DNA from: Candidatus Bathyarchaeota archaeon
GTDB taxonomy: Archaea; Thermoproteota; Bathyarchaeia; Bathyarchaeales; Bathycorpusculaceae
DNA: 17,733 nt
Direction of reading: 5' to 3'
Assembly (NCBI GenBank): GCA_963768425.1
Contig: CAVYHV010000005.1
Coordinates: 1-17,733 of the forward strand
Part shown: in pieces, positions 8,955 to 16,395 of the stretch
How the letters are laid out: every line of letters starts with the position of its first letter
Position numbering within the stretch: the first letter of the stretch is position 1
The notes under the pieces: generated by a model
What the model saw: the letters and a program-made list of their open reading frames with translations, nothing else
Told to the model about the DNA's origin: nothing
Databases searched by the model: none
Position numbers and translations under genes: made by a program

Positions 8955-10187
8955 TTAGTAGCCGTTGTTTTCTGGGAGGATTTTTAGGATGCGGAGGATT
9001 TTCTTGAATTCTTCTTCTTTCAGCGATGCTCTTCTGCCGTTGGCGTAGATGTCTTTAACGCGTTCAAGCACGATGGCCACTTTTTGGTCGTCGGGTTCAG
9101 CTCCTGCAAGCTCGCTTATTTTGTGTTTGATTATGCCTTTCCCAGATTGTTTCCCAATGGTTAAGCGACGTTCATTACCGACTAGTTCAGGCGGGTAAGG
9201 CTCATATGTCCAAGGGTCGTTGAGAACGCCATGCGTGTGGATTCCTGACTCATGGGCGAAACCGTAGTCGCCGACGATTGCTTTGTTCGGCGGGACCACG
9301 TAGCCTGTTGCTTTTCCTATGAAGTCAGCTGTAGCCTTAAGTTTCTGGGTTTTGCCATCAAACTTTCTGACACCATGATGCAAATACAGGTTCAAAAGCA
9401 CTTTTTCGGTTTCGGCGTTACCTGCTCGTTCGCCGATGCCTAAGTAAGTCGTGCTCACATAGACTTTGTCCCAAACTCCGGAAGCCGCTTTGACCGCCGC
9501 CATAGTGTTTTCGACGGCATTTCCGAAGTCGTCGTGCGCGTGGATTTCAATGGCATCCATTCGCGTTTCCTTCTTGATGGCAACAACCTTCGCTGGTACT
9601 CCATTGGGCAAGGGCGCCGTTGGATCTGATAATCCTATGCCGACTGTGTCGCATATTCGGTAGCATTCAGCTCCCGCGTCGGCCACGGCGTTAATGAGTT
9701 TTCGCTCGAAATCCCAGTCCGACCGCGTGCTATCTTCACCATGAACGAAGGTGCGTAGCCCACAGGTTTTAGCTGCGTACTCCACAACGTTAACGATGTT
9801 AGCAAGGATTTGTTCTCTGGTTTTTTCCGGCCATTTCGCCCTGAAATGAAGGTCTGAAACTGGATGGGAGATACCCACTTCTTTGAATCCGCAAGCGACA
9901 GCGCTATCAATGTCTTCCTTAACAGCTCTGCACCAGCCAGCGACCCGCAGGTCAAGGTTTAGATCTTGGATGAGTTTTGCTGCTTTTTTGTCTGGCTCTT
10001 GGTAGTGGAAGAGTTCGATGCGCTCGACGCCTATGTCGGCGAGGAAGTGGGCTATTTTTGCAGAGTCTTTGGGTCCCGCTGCTAAGCCGGGCATTTGGAT
10101 TCCATCTCGGAGCGTTGTGTCGTCTATGATTGGCTCCGTTTTTAGGGGCATTTTGAAATAGTAGTCTTGTAAGTCCATGTTTTTCAC
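8955..10187 (-). CDS. DRE-TIM metallolyase (homocitrate/isopropylmalate/citramalate synthase superfamily), Re-citrate-synthase-like, without the LeuA regulatory domain
   Basis: DTTLRDG, EDSTR, CDTVG, HAHDD, GIGERAGNA, NKAIVG..FAHESGIH and GKQSG motifs; 410 aa. The start may be ATG 10178. Confidence 0.85.
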   Translation of the reverse strand: MKNMDLQDYYFKMPLKTEPIIDDTTLRDGIQMPGLAAGPKDSAKIAHFLADIGVERIELFHYQEPDKKAAKLIQDLNLDLRVAGWCRAVKEDIDSAVACGFKEVGISHPVSDLHFRAKWPEKTREQILANIVNVVEYAAKTCGLRTFVHGEDSTRSDWDFERKLINAVADAGAECYRICDTVGIGLSDPTAPLPNGVPAKVVAIKKETRMDAIEIHAHDDFGNAVENTMAAVKAASGVWDKVYVSTTYLGIGERAGNAETEKVLLNLYLHHGVRKFDGKTQKLKATADFIGKATGYVVPPNKAIVGDYGFAHESGIHTHGVLNDPWTYEPYPPELVGNERRLTIGKQSGKGIIKHKISELAGAEPDDQKVAIVLERVKDIYANGRRASLKEEEFKKILRILKILPENNGY

Positions 10188-10366
10188 TAATTTTGTCTTG
10201 TTTACGCTTCTCCCACAAGATCAGTGTAACGATAATCATACGTTTACATGCTGTTGATAAACGTTACTGCAACTATTTTGCATATTTGTCCATGTGAACG
10301 CATGACATATAAACAGTATGTCTTGTCTAAAGTAATGCAAAACTTTACACAAAAACATGGCAAAAA

Positions 10367-10681
10367 CTATTTTGCGTTAGAAAAAAGCGCCTTAATCGTC
10401 CCTGAAACGGACAAGACCCGCACAGAAGTTTCCTTGCCTGCAATACTTGTAATCATTGCCAACGACGCCCGAACCATGTTCAAGGAAGCAAGAGTAACAC
10501 GAATCACCGCCACCTCGCGTTCCAAATTAAAATAAATAAGCGCCAAGCCCGTTTGGCTTGCACCGACTTCGCCGTAAAGCCGAGTAACTGCAGCCCAAAC
10601 AGCGTCGATAAATCCCCGTTCAGTCAGCCCCAACTCTCGCTCAACCCGAACCGCCAAGTATCTTCTCTTAATCCGTTTCAA
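10367..10681 (-). CDS. rnp2: Ribonuclease P protein component 2 (Pop5/Rpp14 family)
   Basis: KRRYL at the N-terminus, LYGEVGAS, VRASLA and VLSVSGTIKAL; overlaps the rnp3 stop. Confidence 0.9.
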   Translation of the reverse strand: MKRIKRRYLAVRVERELGLTERGFIDAVWAAVTRLYGEVGASQTGLALIYFNLEREVAVIRVTLASLNMVRASLAMITSIAGKETSVRVLSVSGTIKALFSNAK

Positions 10682-11410
10682 GCCTTGCCCTCCCTGATGA
10701 CTTTGATGCCGGGCGCCACAAAATCACTGCCAAGTTTCTCACGGTTACGCGAAACTATTGTCGATGGATTTGTTGAAACGGCGTCGAGGGCTGAGGCTTC
10801 ATCTAGCCCAATCAGGTACCCTAGACTCGCCATATCTCTGGGCGAACGAATAAACCGTTCCTCGCCAACACCGCTAGAAAGCACCAATGGCACATGAAAC
10901 TCAAAAGCTAAAGCGACCTCTCTACGCAGACTCGTAAGCAGCCTAACACGCGGCGGGCCCTCCAAAATCAATAGGGGCTTTATGTCGACTTCCAACGAAG
11001 CTAAGCATCCGCTTGCCAACTCGGCTTCAGCGCGGTCAAAAAACCGTTTATGGTAGTCAAGACTGCTGAAGTTCAAAAGGTCAACGCGCCTGTCCTTGGC
11101 CGCTTGCCTGGCAACTTCTTTGTTGTCGCATGAAATACAAATAACCTCGAATTCGCGTCTGAACCTACGCAGAAAACGAGTTAGCTCCACCTCAGACCGG
11201 GGGTGAAAATCAACGCGTGACACAAAATCAACGCATGCGCGGCGGCACATGGCTTTGAGTTTTGCGTATTCTTCATCGCTTAGTCTTGAGGTGGATGCAA
11301 GGGATATTTGGGCATACCCGAGACTGGCCGCTTTGGTGACTAGCCTTTGGGTGCGCCTCTTGATCTTTAAGGTTGATGCGTAAATGCAGGTCGGCGAAGC
11401 TTCGTTTCAC
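10678..11410 (-). CDS. rnp3: Ribonuclease P protein component 3 (Rpp30), with a +1 frameshift at ~11353
   Basis: GTG at 11410 overlaps the upstream TGA and reads MKRSFADLHLRIN (PHP-like DxH). Removing one base near 11353 joins it to ...TQRLVTKAASLGYAQI... and ORF 10678-11250 (AAKDRRVDLL, PLVLSSG, RSPRD, NP). The span is 733 nt = 3n+1. Confidence 0.88.
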
Positions 11411-11853
11411 GGTAGCATCCCTGACGACTTGCATAAATCGGCAATTTGCTCAGAAGTTTTGTTTTTGAAATGAATCTTAACGTGGATCGGGTCGTTTTGG
11501 GTGAACTTGAACTGACCTAAAAATGCAGATTGTTTGTCGAAACGTAGGAACAAGTTGCCTCGCTCAAGATGCAGCCCCAAGTCCGTGCACAACTGTTCCT
11601 TATCGAGGGAGTTTAAGCCTGCGCCAATTTTTTCCAAAGTCTTCGGAAGCAGCTTCTTGTCTGTTAATTTGGCTGTGACAAGTGTGATCGAGTTTCCATA
11701 GTGCCCAGTCAAATTGGTTATTTCAAAAAATATAGTTTGAGCCAGTTCGTCTGGCATTAGGTTTCGTACGGCAGCTTGAACTTTTTGAGGGTCTTCCGTT
11801 GCATGCACGGATACTCTAATATCCACATATTCTATCGACGATTTGGAAGACAT
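11407..11853 (-). CDS. RNA-binding protein (COG1325, exosome/RNase P operon-associated)
   Basis: HATED..KV, GHYGN.I and LFLRFDKQ.A..G motifs; canonical position between rpl15e and rnp3. Confidence 0.85.
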   Translation of the reverse strand: MSSKSSIEYVDIRVSVHATEDPQKVQAAVRNLMPDELAQTIFFEITNLTGHYGNSITLVTAKLTDKKLLPKTLEKIGAGLNSLDKEQLCTDLGLHLERGNLFLRFDKQSAFLGQFKFTQNDPIHVKIHFKNKTSEQIADLCKSSGMLP

Positions 11854-11879
11854 TTTACACCGTTTGTGCTTGGGAGCTT

Positions 11880-12155
11880 CTAGCTTTTAGCTTTTTTCTT
11901 CGGCTTTTTCTCAGTGGCTTCGAGGTGGGGTTCGGGAACTTTAGGTTTCTTCTCAGCCTTAGCTTTTTCAGCGTGCATTTTGAGAGTTTCAACGTTTTCG
12001 TCGTGCATTGATTTACGTTTAAGGTCAAGCGGGATGCCAATTTTCATGGCGTCTTGCTTGGTTAAACATGCCTTTTTCATTTCGCTGAGGCTGAATCCTC
12101 GGCTTGAGGCTTTTTTGCCGTTACGTTTAGTTATAGTTGCTACGATGTGATGCAT
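11880..12155 (-). CDS. rpl13e: 50S ribosomal protein L13e (eL13)
   Basis: RGFSLSE.KKA.L...A..IGIP.D.KRKS...ENVE.LK signature; Lys-rich tail. Confidence 0.88.
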   Translation of the reverse strand: MHHIVATITKRNGKKASSRGFSLSEMKKACLTKQDAMKIGIPLDLKRKSMHDENVETLKMHAEKAKAEKKPKVPEPHLEATEKKPKKKAKS

Positions 12156-12158
12156 TTT

Positions 12159-12752
12159 TTACCATCTCTGTACGTCTTTATGTCTTGCGCCTCTCTGGTG
12201 GCTTGGTCTCGCTTTCTCTGCGCCTCTTCCACGGTGCCTTAAGCCTCTGACGCTTTTGCCTGCACTTGTTAAGCTTCTGAAGACCCGGCCATCATGTTGC
12301 TTTTCCGTTATCCAGTTTATGTTTTTATCAGATTTTATAACTGGACTGCTCGGGTCAACCATGATTATTTCAAACCACTTATGTTTTCCGTCTTCGCCAA
12401 CCCAGTAACTGTTCAAAACTTCCAAGTTGGGAAACTTTTTTGCCGTGCGTTCTTCAGCTATAAGCCTGATACTTTTGCCTGCTTTGAATTTGGCGACACC
12501 CATACGTTTGGGTCGTCTACCGGAGCGTGGACGCAACTTTCGCAATCCACCTCTTCGCACTCTCGTGCGTGCTACGACAAAGCCTTGTTTGGCTTTGTAG
12601 CCTAATTTGCGGGCTTTGTCAAGCCTTGTCGGGTGCTCGATGCGTAGGGTCACTGGCTGCTTGCGCCATTGTACCATGCGTTGCCTGTTGAGTTCTTTGA
12701 CGAAGGATTCTTCGCGGTCTGCCCATTCTTGAGCTATGTACTTGTATGCCAT
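12159..12752 (-). CDS. rpl15e: 50S ribosomal protein L15e (eL15)
   Basis: [41 protein letters not shown] and [11 protein letters not shown]. Confidence 0.97.
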   Translation of the reverse strand: MAYKYIAQEWADREESFVKELNRQRMVQWRKQPVTLRIEHPTRLDKARKLGYKAKQGFVVARTRVRRGGLRKLRPRSGRRPKRMGVAKFKAGKSIRLIAEERTAKKFPNLEVLNSYWVGEDGKHKWFEIIMVDPSSPVIKSDKNINWITEKQHDGRVFRSLTSAGKSVRGLRHRGRGAEKARPSHQRGARHKDVQRW

Positions 12753-12781
12753 TTTCTATTTTTTCCTCCATGTAATTTATG

Positions 12782-12840
12782 CTTACGGTTCAGTCCACAA
12801 GGGACCACATCCCATCGGATAATGACTATCCGCCAGCAAG
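12782..12840 (-). ncRNA. Structured 5' leader of rpl15e (eL15 ribosomal-leader-like three-way junction)
   Basis: mRNA sense CUUGCUGG-CGGAUAG(UCA)UUAUCCG-AUGGGAUGUG-GUCC(CUUGU)GGAC-UGAACC-GUAAG: two internal hairpins closed by CUUGC/GUAAG. The GGAUGUGG and CUGAACC motifs are recalled from archaeal rpl15e leaders. Confidence 0.65.
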
Positions 12841-12863
12841 TTCCCAACAATAAAGGGTGCAAC

Positions 12864-12878
12864 AAAATAAACCTTTCC
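12864..12878 (-). promoter_or_regulatory. BRE/TATA promoter for the rpl15e operon
   Basis: Minus-strand GGAAAGG-TTTATTTT about 25 nt upstream of the leader 5' end. Confidence 0.55.
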
Positions 12879-13172
12879 AGCGAAACGGCAAGGATAGCTG
12901 AGATTCCTGCAAGTTGTTGGGTTCTAAGGGCAGGTGGCGACAAAAAGTTCAGGCGTTGGATAATACGCGTAGTGTCATCTATTGAAAAGTCGTAAATGCA
13001 TTATCTATGATTATAGCAGACAGGGTTTCTTGCCTAGAAAATGGCTTTTTTCTGTCAAAGCTGAAATCGTGATGCCTACGACAAACCAGCTGAGCCCCAG
13101 GAGAAGAAACCTTAAAGAATAATGATTCTCTCTTAAGTTACTCCTGATTATTGAATTCGAGGATGATGTGTT

Positions 13173-13412
13173 ATTAGCCCAAAAAAACGTGCCCCAAGAA
13201 ACGCGAAAAACCGCGGAAGAGGCTTTGGTTACCCATTTGAAATTGGAGACGAATACGAAGTAGACATTGAGCAAATGAGCCCTAACGGCGAAGGCATCGC
13301 CAAAATCAAAGGCTTTTTAATCTTCATAGGTAACGCAAAACTCAATGAACACCTCAAAGTGAAGATAACGCATCTGGAAAGCGGTTGCGCAGACGCACAA
13401 ATAGTCACCTAA
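13173..13412 (+). CDS. Single-TRAM-domain RNA-binding protein (not in the ORF track)
   Basis: Frame 13173-13412 reads (I)SPKKRAPRNAKNRGRGFGYPFEIGDEYEVDIEQMSPNGEGIAKIKGFLIFIGNAKLNEHLKVKITHLESGCADAQIVT*, a typical archaeal TRAM pattern. SD-like GAGGATGA lies at 13159-13166 and BRE/TATA-like GAAACCTTAAAG at 13106-13117. The start codon is uncertain. Confidence 0.85.
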   Translation: MSPKKRAPRNAKNRGRGFGYPFEIGDEYEVDIEQMSPNGEGIAKIKGFLIFIGNAKLNEHLKVKITHLESGCADAQIVT

Positions 13413-13434
13413 GAACCGACCAGCTTCCATGTGG

Positions 13435-14061
13435 TTACTTTTTGCACCCCATGTTGAAGTCGTTAAACAATTTTAGTTCTTCATCCGTTATGCCCGCTCG
13501 ACGCAGTTTGGCGACGCACCTCTGATATTGTTTGTCGGTGAAAACCGCAGGCTTGAAGGCTTCTTCATGTTTGGTTGGGTCTGTCTTCCCCACAAAATGG
13601 CAGCTTTCTTTGCAAGCTCTCCCTTTCTTCAAAGCAACTTGATGTTTAATGAATCGAGTGAGCGGCGGGCAATCTTGGGTTTGCATACCGAAGGCGGTTT
13701 TGGGGTAGAGTCGGCAACCACCGGGCCGAATCTCGTAAATAGAGCATGCGTTGTTGACCAGGAAGGGGCACGGCGTGTGAAGGGTATAGTCTTCGTATTT
13801 TGCTTCGTCTTCCTCCCACAGTTTACCCAGTTCATCGAAGAGGGCTTTGGTTTTTGCTTGGACTTCAGGGTGCTCTTCGGGTTTGGTTTCAATTTCCCCT
13901 GCAGTTAAGAAATCATCCAGTGTGCAGCAGACACCGCATTTAGTGCATAGAAAGGGCAAGTTAATGGACCACCCACCTTTTTTGCTTGCGAATTCTAAAT
14001 GCAGATAGAACGTGTCAACCATCTGGAATCCACATTGTAACATCGCGGTTTGCGCTTTCAA
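13435..14061 (-). CDS. YkgJ/CxxCxxCC-family cysteine-cluster (Zn/Fe-chelating) protein
   Basis: F.CTKCGVCC ... CPFL.NN.CSIYEIRP..CR.YP; probable start ATG 14022. Confidence 0.85.
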   Translation of the reverse strand: MKAQTAMLQCGFQMVDTFYLHLEFASKKGGWSINLPFLCTKCGVCCTLDDFLTAGEIETKPEEHPEVQAKTKALFDELGKLWEEDEAKYEDYTLHTPCPFLVNNACSIYEIRPGGCRLYPKTAFGMQTQDCPPLTRFIKHQVALKKGRACKESCHFVGKTDPTKHEEAFKPAVFTDKQYQRCVAKLRRAGITDEELKLFNDFNMGCKK

Positions 14062-14242
14062 GCTTTCTCTCTAAACGTGCCTTCGTTGTTGGTCGACCCT
14101 CCTCTGATTCGCTCGGTCATCAAGTACGAGGACGTTTGGGGAATCCAGATGGGAGACTCCAAGCCTTCGAAGACAAAGTGCCAAGGAAATCTTGTTTGGA
14201 AAATAAAACCGAACTGAAAAATCCTCCCTATTGGTAAGTTGG

Positions 14243-15094
14243 TTATCTTACCATCTTGGCTGGCTTAAAAGTGCGTCGTACCTCTTCAAGTTTTGAGCCT
14301 AAGATTTCTATGTTGTCGATGTTGCCCAAGTCTTTCTCGGCGGCAGTTCTGATGTGGCTAATTTCGTGAGGGTCGAGTCCCATGACTCTGGCGCCGGTAG
14401 CGTCGACGGCAACAACGTCTTTTCCGGCTATTATCAAATCCATTTTAACTGGGTCTCCATAGGATGGGCCTCTGCCTTCCATCGCAACGAACCCGTCAAT
14501 CACCGTCAGCACGGGTTTTATGACTGTGTTGATGTCGACTACGACTTTGCTAATGCCATTCATGTGATATTTCCCCTTGAACTTGTCAGGAAGCAGCCCA
14601 AACATGTTTTTCATCCCCAACGTAACTTTGGTCGACATGTGCGTCTTCAGCTTGGCTGCGCTGATTACGGCGGATTCCATAACGATGCGTGGCACCGTGA
14701 TGTTCTCGAGCGTTTCGCAGTTAGGAATTGGGATTTTGACTTTGTCTTTCTCGTAGCGTAAATTGATGAATTTGACGCTGTTGCGTTCGCACATTTCCTT
14801 CATGCCTGTGGATTCGTAGGCTTTGTCAGCGTTTGTTATAGTTGCGTCTGACTCAACAACGTAGGTTTCAACGCCTAACTCCTTGAGCCGCAGGATTATG
14901 GCTTCCACAACCATAGGGTCGGTTGTGGCGCCGCTGTCCCAGGTTTGGGTGTTTATGAAGTTGACTTTTATGAGAACCCGACTGTATCCAGCTAGGGCTG
15001 ATTTGTAATCTATGAGGTCCATGGCTTTCCAAACGGGTTCATGTCCCCGCTCGCCTTTAACAAGCGCGACTGATGACTTGTCCATAGTAAACAC
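14243..15094 (-). CDS. DUF362 domain protein (putative Fe-S protein)
   Basis: VLIKVN, GATTDP, KLKTH...VTLGMKN.FG, IDG..AMEG.GP..G and D.VAVDA motifs; probable start ATG 15085. Confidence 0.88.
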   Translation of the reverse strand: MFTMDKSSVALVKGERGHEPVWKAMDLIDYKSALAGYSRVLIKVNFINTQTWDSGATTDPMVVEAIILRLKELGVETYVVESDATITNADKAYESTGMKEMCERNSVKFINLRYEKDKVKIPIPNCETLENITVPRIVMESAVISAAKLKTHMSTKVTLGMKNMFGLLPDKFKGKYHMNGISKVVVDINTVIKPVLTVIDGFVAMEGRGPSYGDPVKMDLIIAGKDVVAVDATGARVMGLDPHEISHIRTAAEKDLGNIDNIEILGSKLEEVRRTFKPAKMVR

Positions 15095-15220
15095 GGCTTT
15101 CTATATGCCAAAGTCAACTTAGCCTTTTTAACCTTTCACTAAACGCAAAAAGCAAGCCGTCTAACGTTGAGAATGGCGGCGTCTGGTCTATGCTGAGCAA
15201 TTAAATTAATTGGAAAAGTT

Positions 15221-15360
15221 TGAAAGTTTTTTCTTTGTGGTTTGGGTTGTTTATTTGGTTTGGGGCTTTAGACGGTTGCAGGTTGCGTCAAGAAAAGTCA
15301 AGGAAAGTCAAAATAAGTCAAAAAAAGTGCATAAAAGTCAAAATAAGTCAAAAGAGTTGA
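15221..15360 (-). repeat. Composite element, copy 2: ~7 x 10-bp tandem units (minus-strand consensus TGACTTTTTT) + linker + 60-bp core
   Basis: Plus-strand units at 15291-15360: agaaaagtca aggaaagtca aaataagtca aaaaaagtgc ataaaagtca aaataagtca aaagagttga. The reverse complement of core 15221-15280 matches 3939-3998 at 47/60. Confidence 0.85.
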
Positions 15361-15365
15361 AAAAA

Positions 15366-16256
15366 CTAATGAAGAGGCAGAATTACAAGTCCAGTAATCA
15401 AGCCGCCCGCTAAACCAAGCAAGATTGGGAAGGGTAAGCCTGGGAAAATACCTTTTCGTTCAAGCATGAAGAACGTGACGATAGAGCCCGCCATGATGCC
15501 CACCACCGAGACAACGCATGGCAATACGCTGGATGGGAAGCTAAAGAACATAGCACCCGTGAGCATCGAGTAGAACACGAGATCACCTAAGCCCATCTGG
15601 ATGTCGCGAAAGTCATAGCTTAAACCCTGCAGGTCCTCAAGCCCTCCGGCGGACTGGGCGATTTTGCCGACGGGACCTCGATAAACCGCGAAAACATCAT
15701 AAACCGCCAGAAAAGACAGAATCAACACAGCCGTCCAAAGCTGGATTTCAAAGCCGAAAAAGATTCCAAGCGCGCCTCCTATTCCGACAACCGCAACGTT
15801 TCGGGCGATGCTTCCTAAACGGAAAACAGCCAAATCAAACAGCACCGTGATAACAATGGATAGGGGAATCCATAACACGTCGAGGCTTGGTACGTAGGAG
15901 AGAATAGCTGATAAATAGACAAGCGACAGTAGCAGAGACGCCGTGGTCATGGCAACAACGATCAAGCCTTTAATTATTCTTTTGCTTCTACGCTTCAGCA
16001 GAAGGTAGAACACGGTTGCTGCTACAGCCACCAATATAACGAAGTACAGGGCGTTGCCGAATGAGCCTGAAGCGGTGTTCTGGGGAAGAGGTGTAACAGG
16101 TATGGTTGCTGGCTGCTGAGGGCTCAGAAGATATGCACAGCCTAAACCGAAGATTATGCTTGCCAGTATCGGAATCAAATATATTATTTCGAACTTGAAG
16201 CGATCCTGCTCCTTGCTCTGTGGAAGGGGTTGATTTGGCTGCTGCGGCTCACTCAT
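15366..16256 (-). CDS. Presenilin-family intramembrane aspartyl protease (PSH/MCMJR1-like)
   Basis: Many hydrophobic TM segments; catalytic YD (LAVYDVFAV) and GxGD (MGLGD) motifs; PAL-equivalent PGL near the C-terminus. Confidence 0.9.
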   Translation of the reverse strand: MSEPQQPNQPLPQSKEQDRFKFEIIYLIPILASIIFGLGCAYLLSPQQPATIPVTPLPQNTASGSFGNALYFVILVAVAATVFYLLLKRRSKRIIKGLIVVAMTTASLLLSLVYLSAILSYVPSLDVLWIPLSIVITVLFDLAVFRLGSIARNVAVVGIGGALGIFFGFEIQLWTAVLILSFLAVYDVFAVYRGPVGKIAQSAGGLEDLQGLSYDFRDIQMGLGDLVFYSMLTGAMFFSFPSSVLPCVVSVVGIMAGSIVTFFMLERKGIFPGLPFPILLGLAGGLITGLVILPLH

Positions 16257-16290
16257 AACGTTTCCCTAATATTTTGTCTGCTAATGATCC

Positions 16291-16324
16291 GTGCAAGTAG
16301 TCTTGCACACAGAATAAGGTTTCC
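16291..16324 (-). promoter_or_regulatory. Promoter (GGAAACCTTATT) with adjacent perfect palindrome GTGCAAG-N4-CTTGCAC upstream of the presenilin gene
   Basis: BRE/TATA-like motif at 16324-16313 on the minus strand; 7-bp perfect inverted repeat at 16291-16308 between it and the start codon. Confidence 0.5.
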
Positions 16325-16395
16325 TTTTTGCTAGTTCCAGAGACTAAATTAGAAAAAGGCATAAACCCCAAGTCTTTTAGCCTAGGAGCGCCCGT

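Noticed and set aside
10248-10897. Plus-strand ORFs 10248-10535 and 10553-10897, and the other short antisense or alternative-frame ORFs inside the kinase, radical SAM, por, DUF362 and nuclease genes
   Set aside because: They overlap confidently identified genes and show no recognisable motifs.
12669-12995. ORFs 12669-12995 (+) and 12734-12943 (-), or an RNase P RNA gene near the rnp genes
   Set aside because: No protein motifs, and no GAGGAAAGUCC or ACAGAA..CGGCU P4 signatures. The region is better explained by the rpl15e promoter and leader.
13011-13274. 87-aa minus-strand ORF
   Set aside because: Antisense shadow of the TRAM gene and its promoter.
13986-14237. 83-aa + ORF between YkgJ and DUF362
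   Set aside because: No recognisable domain or RBS, and it overlaps the YkgJ 5' end on the opposite strand.
15210-15413. 67-aa + ORF (and the 75-aa - ORF at 3907-4134) crossing the repeat element
   Set aside because: Low-complexity translations of the element. A 10-bp period is not codon-compatible, and the two copies do not give a convincingly conserved protein.
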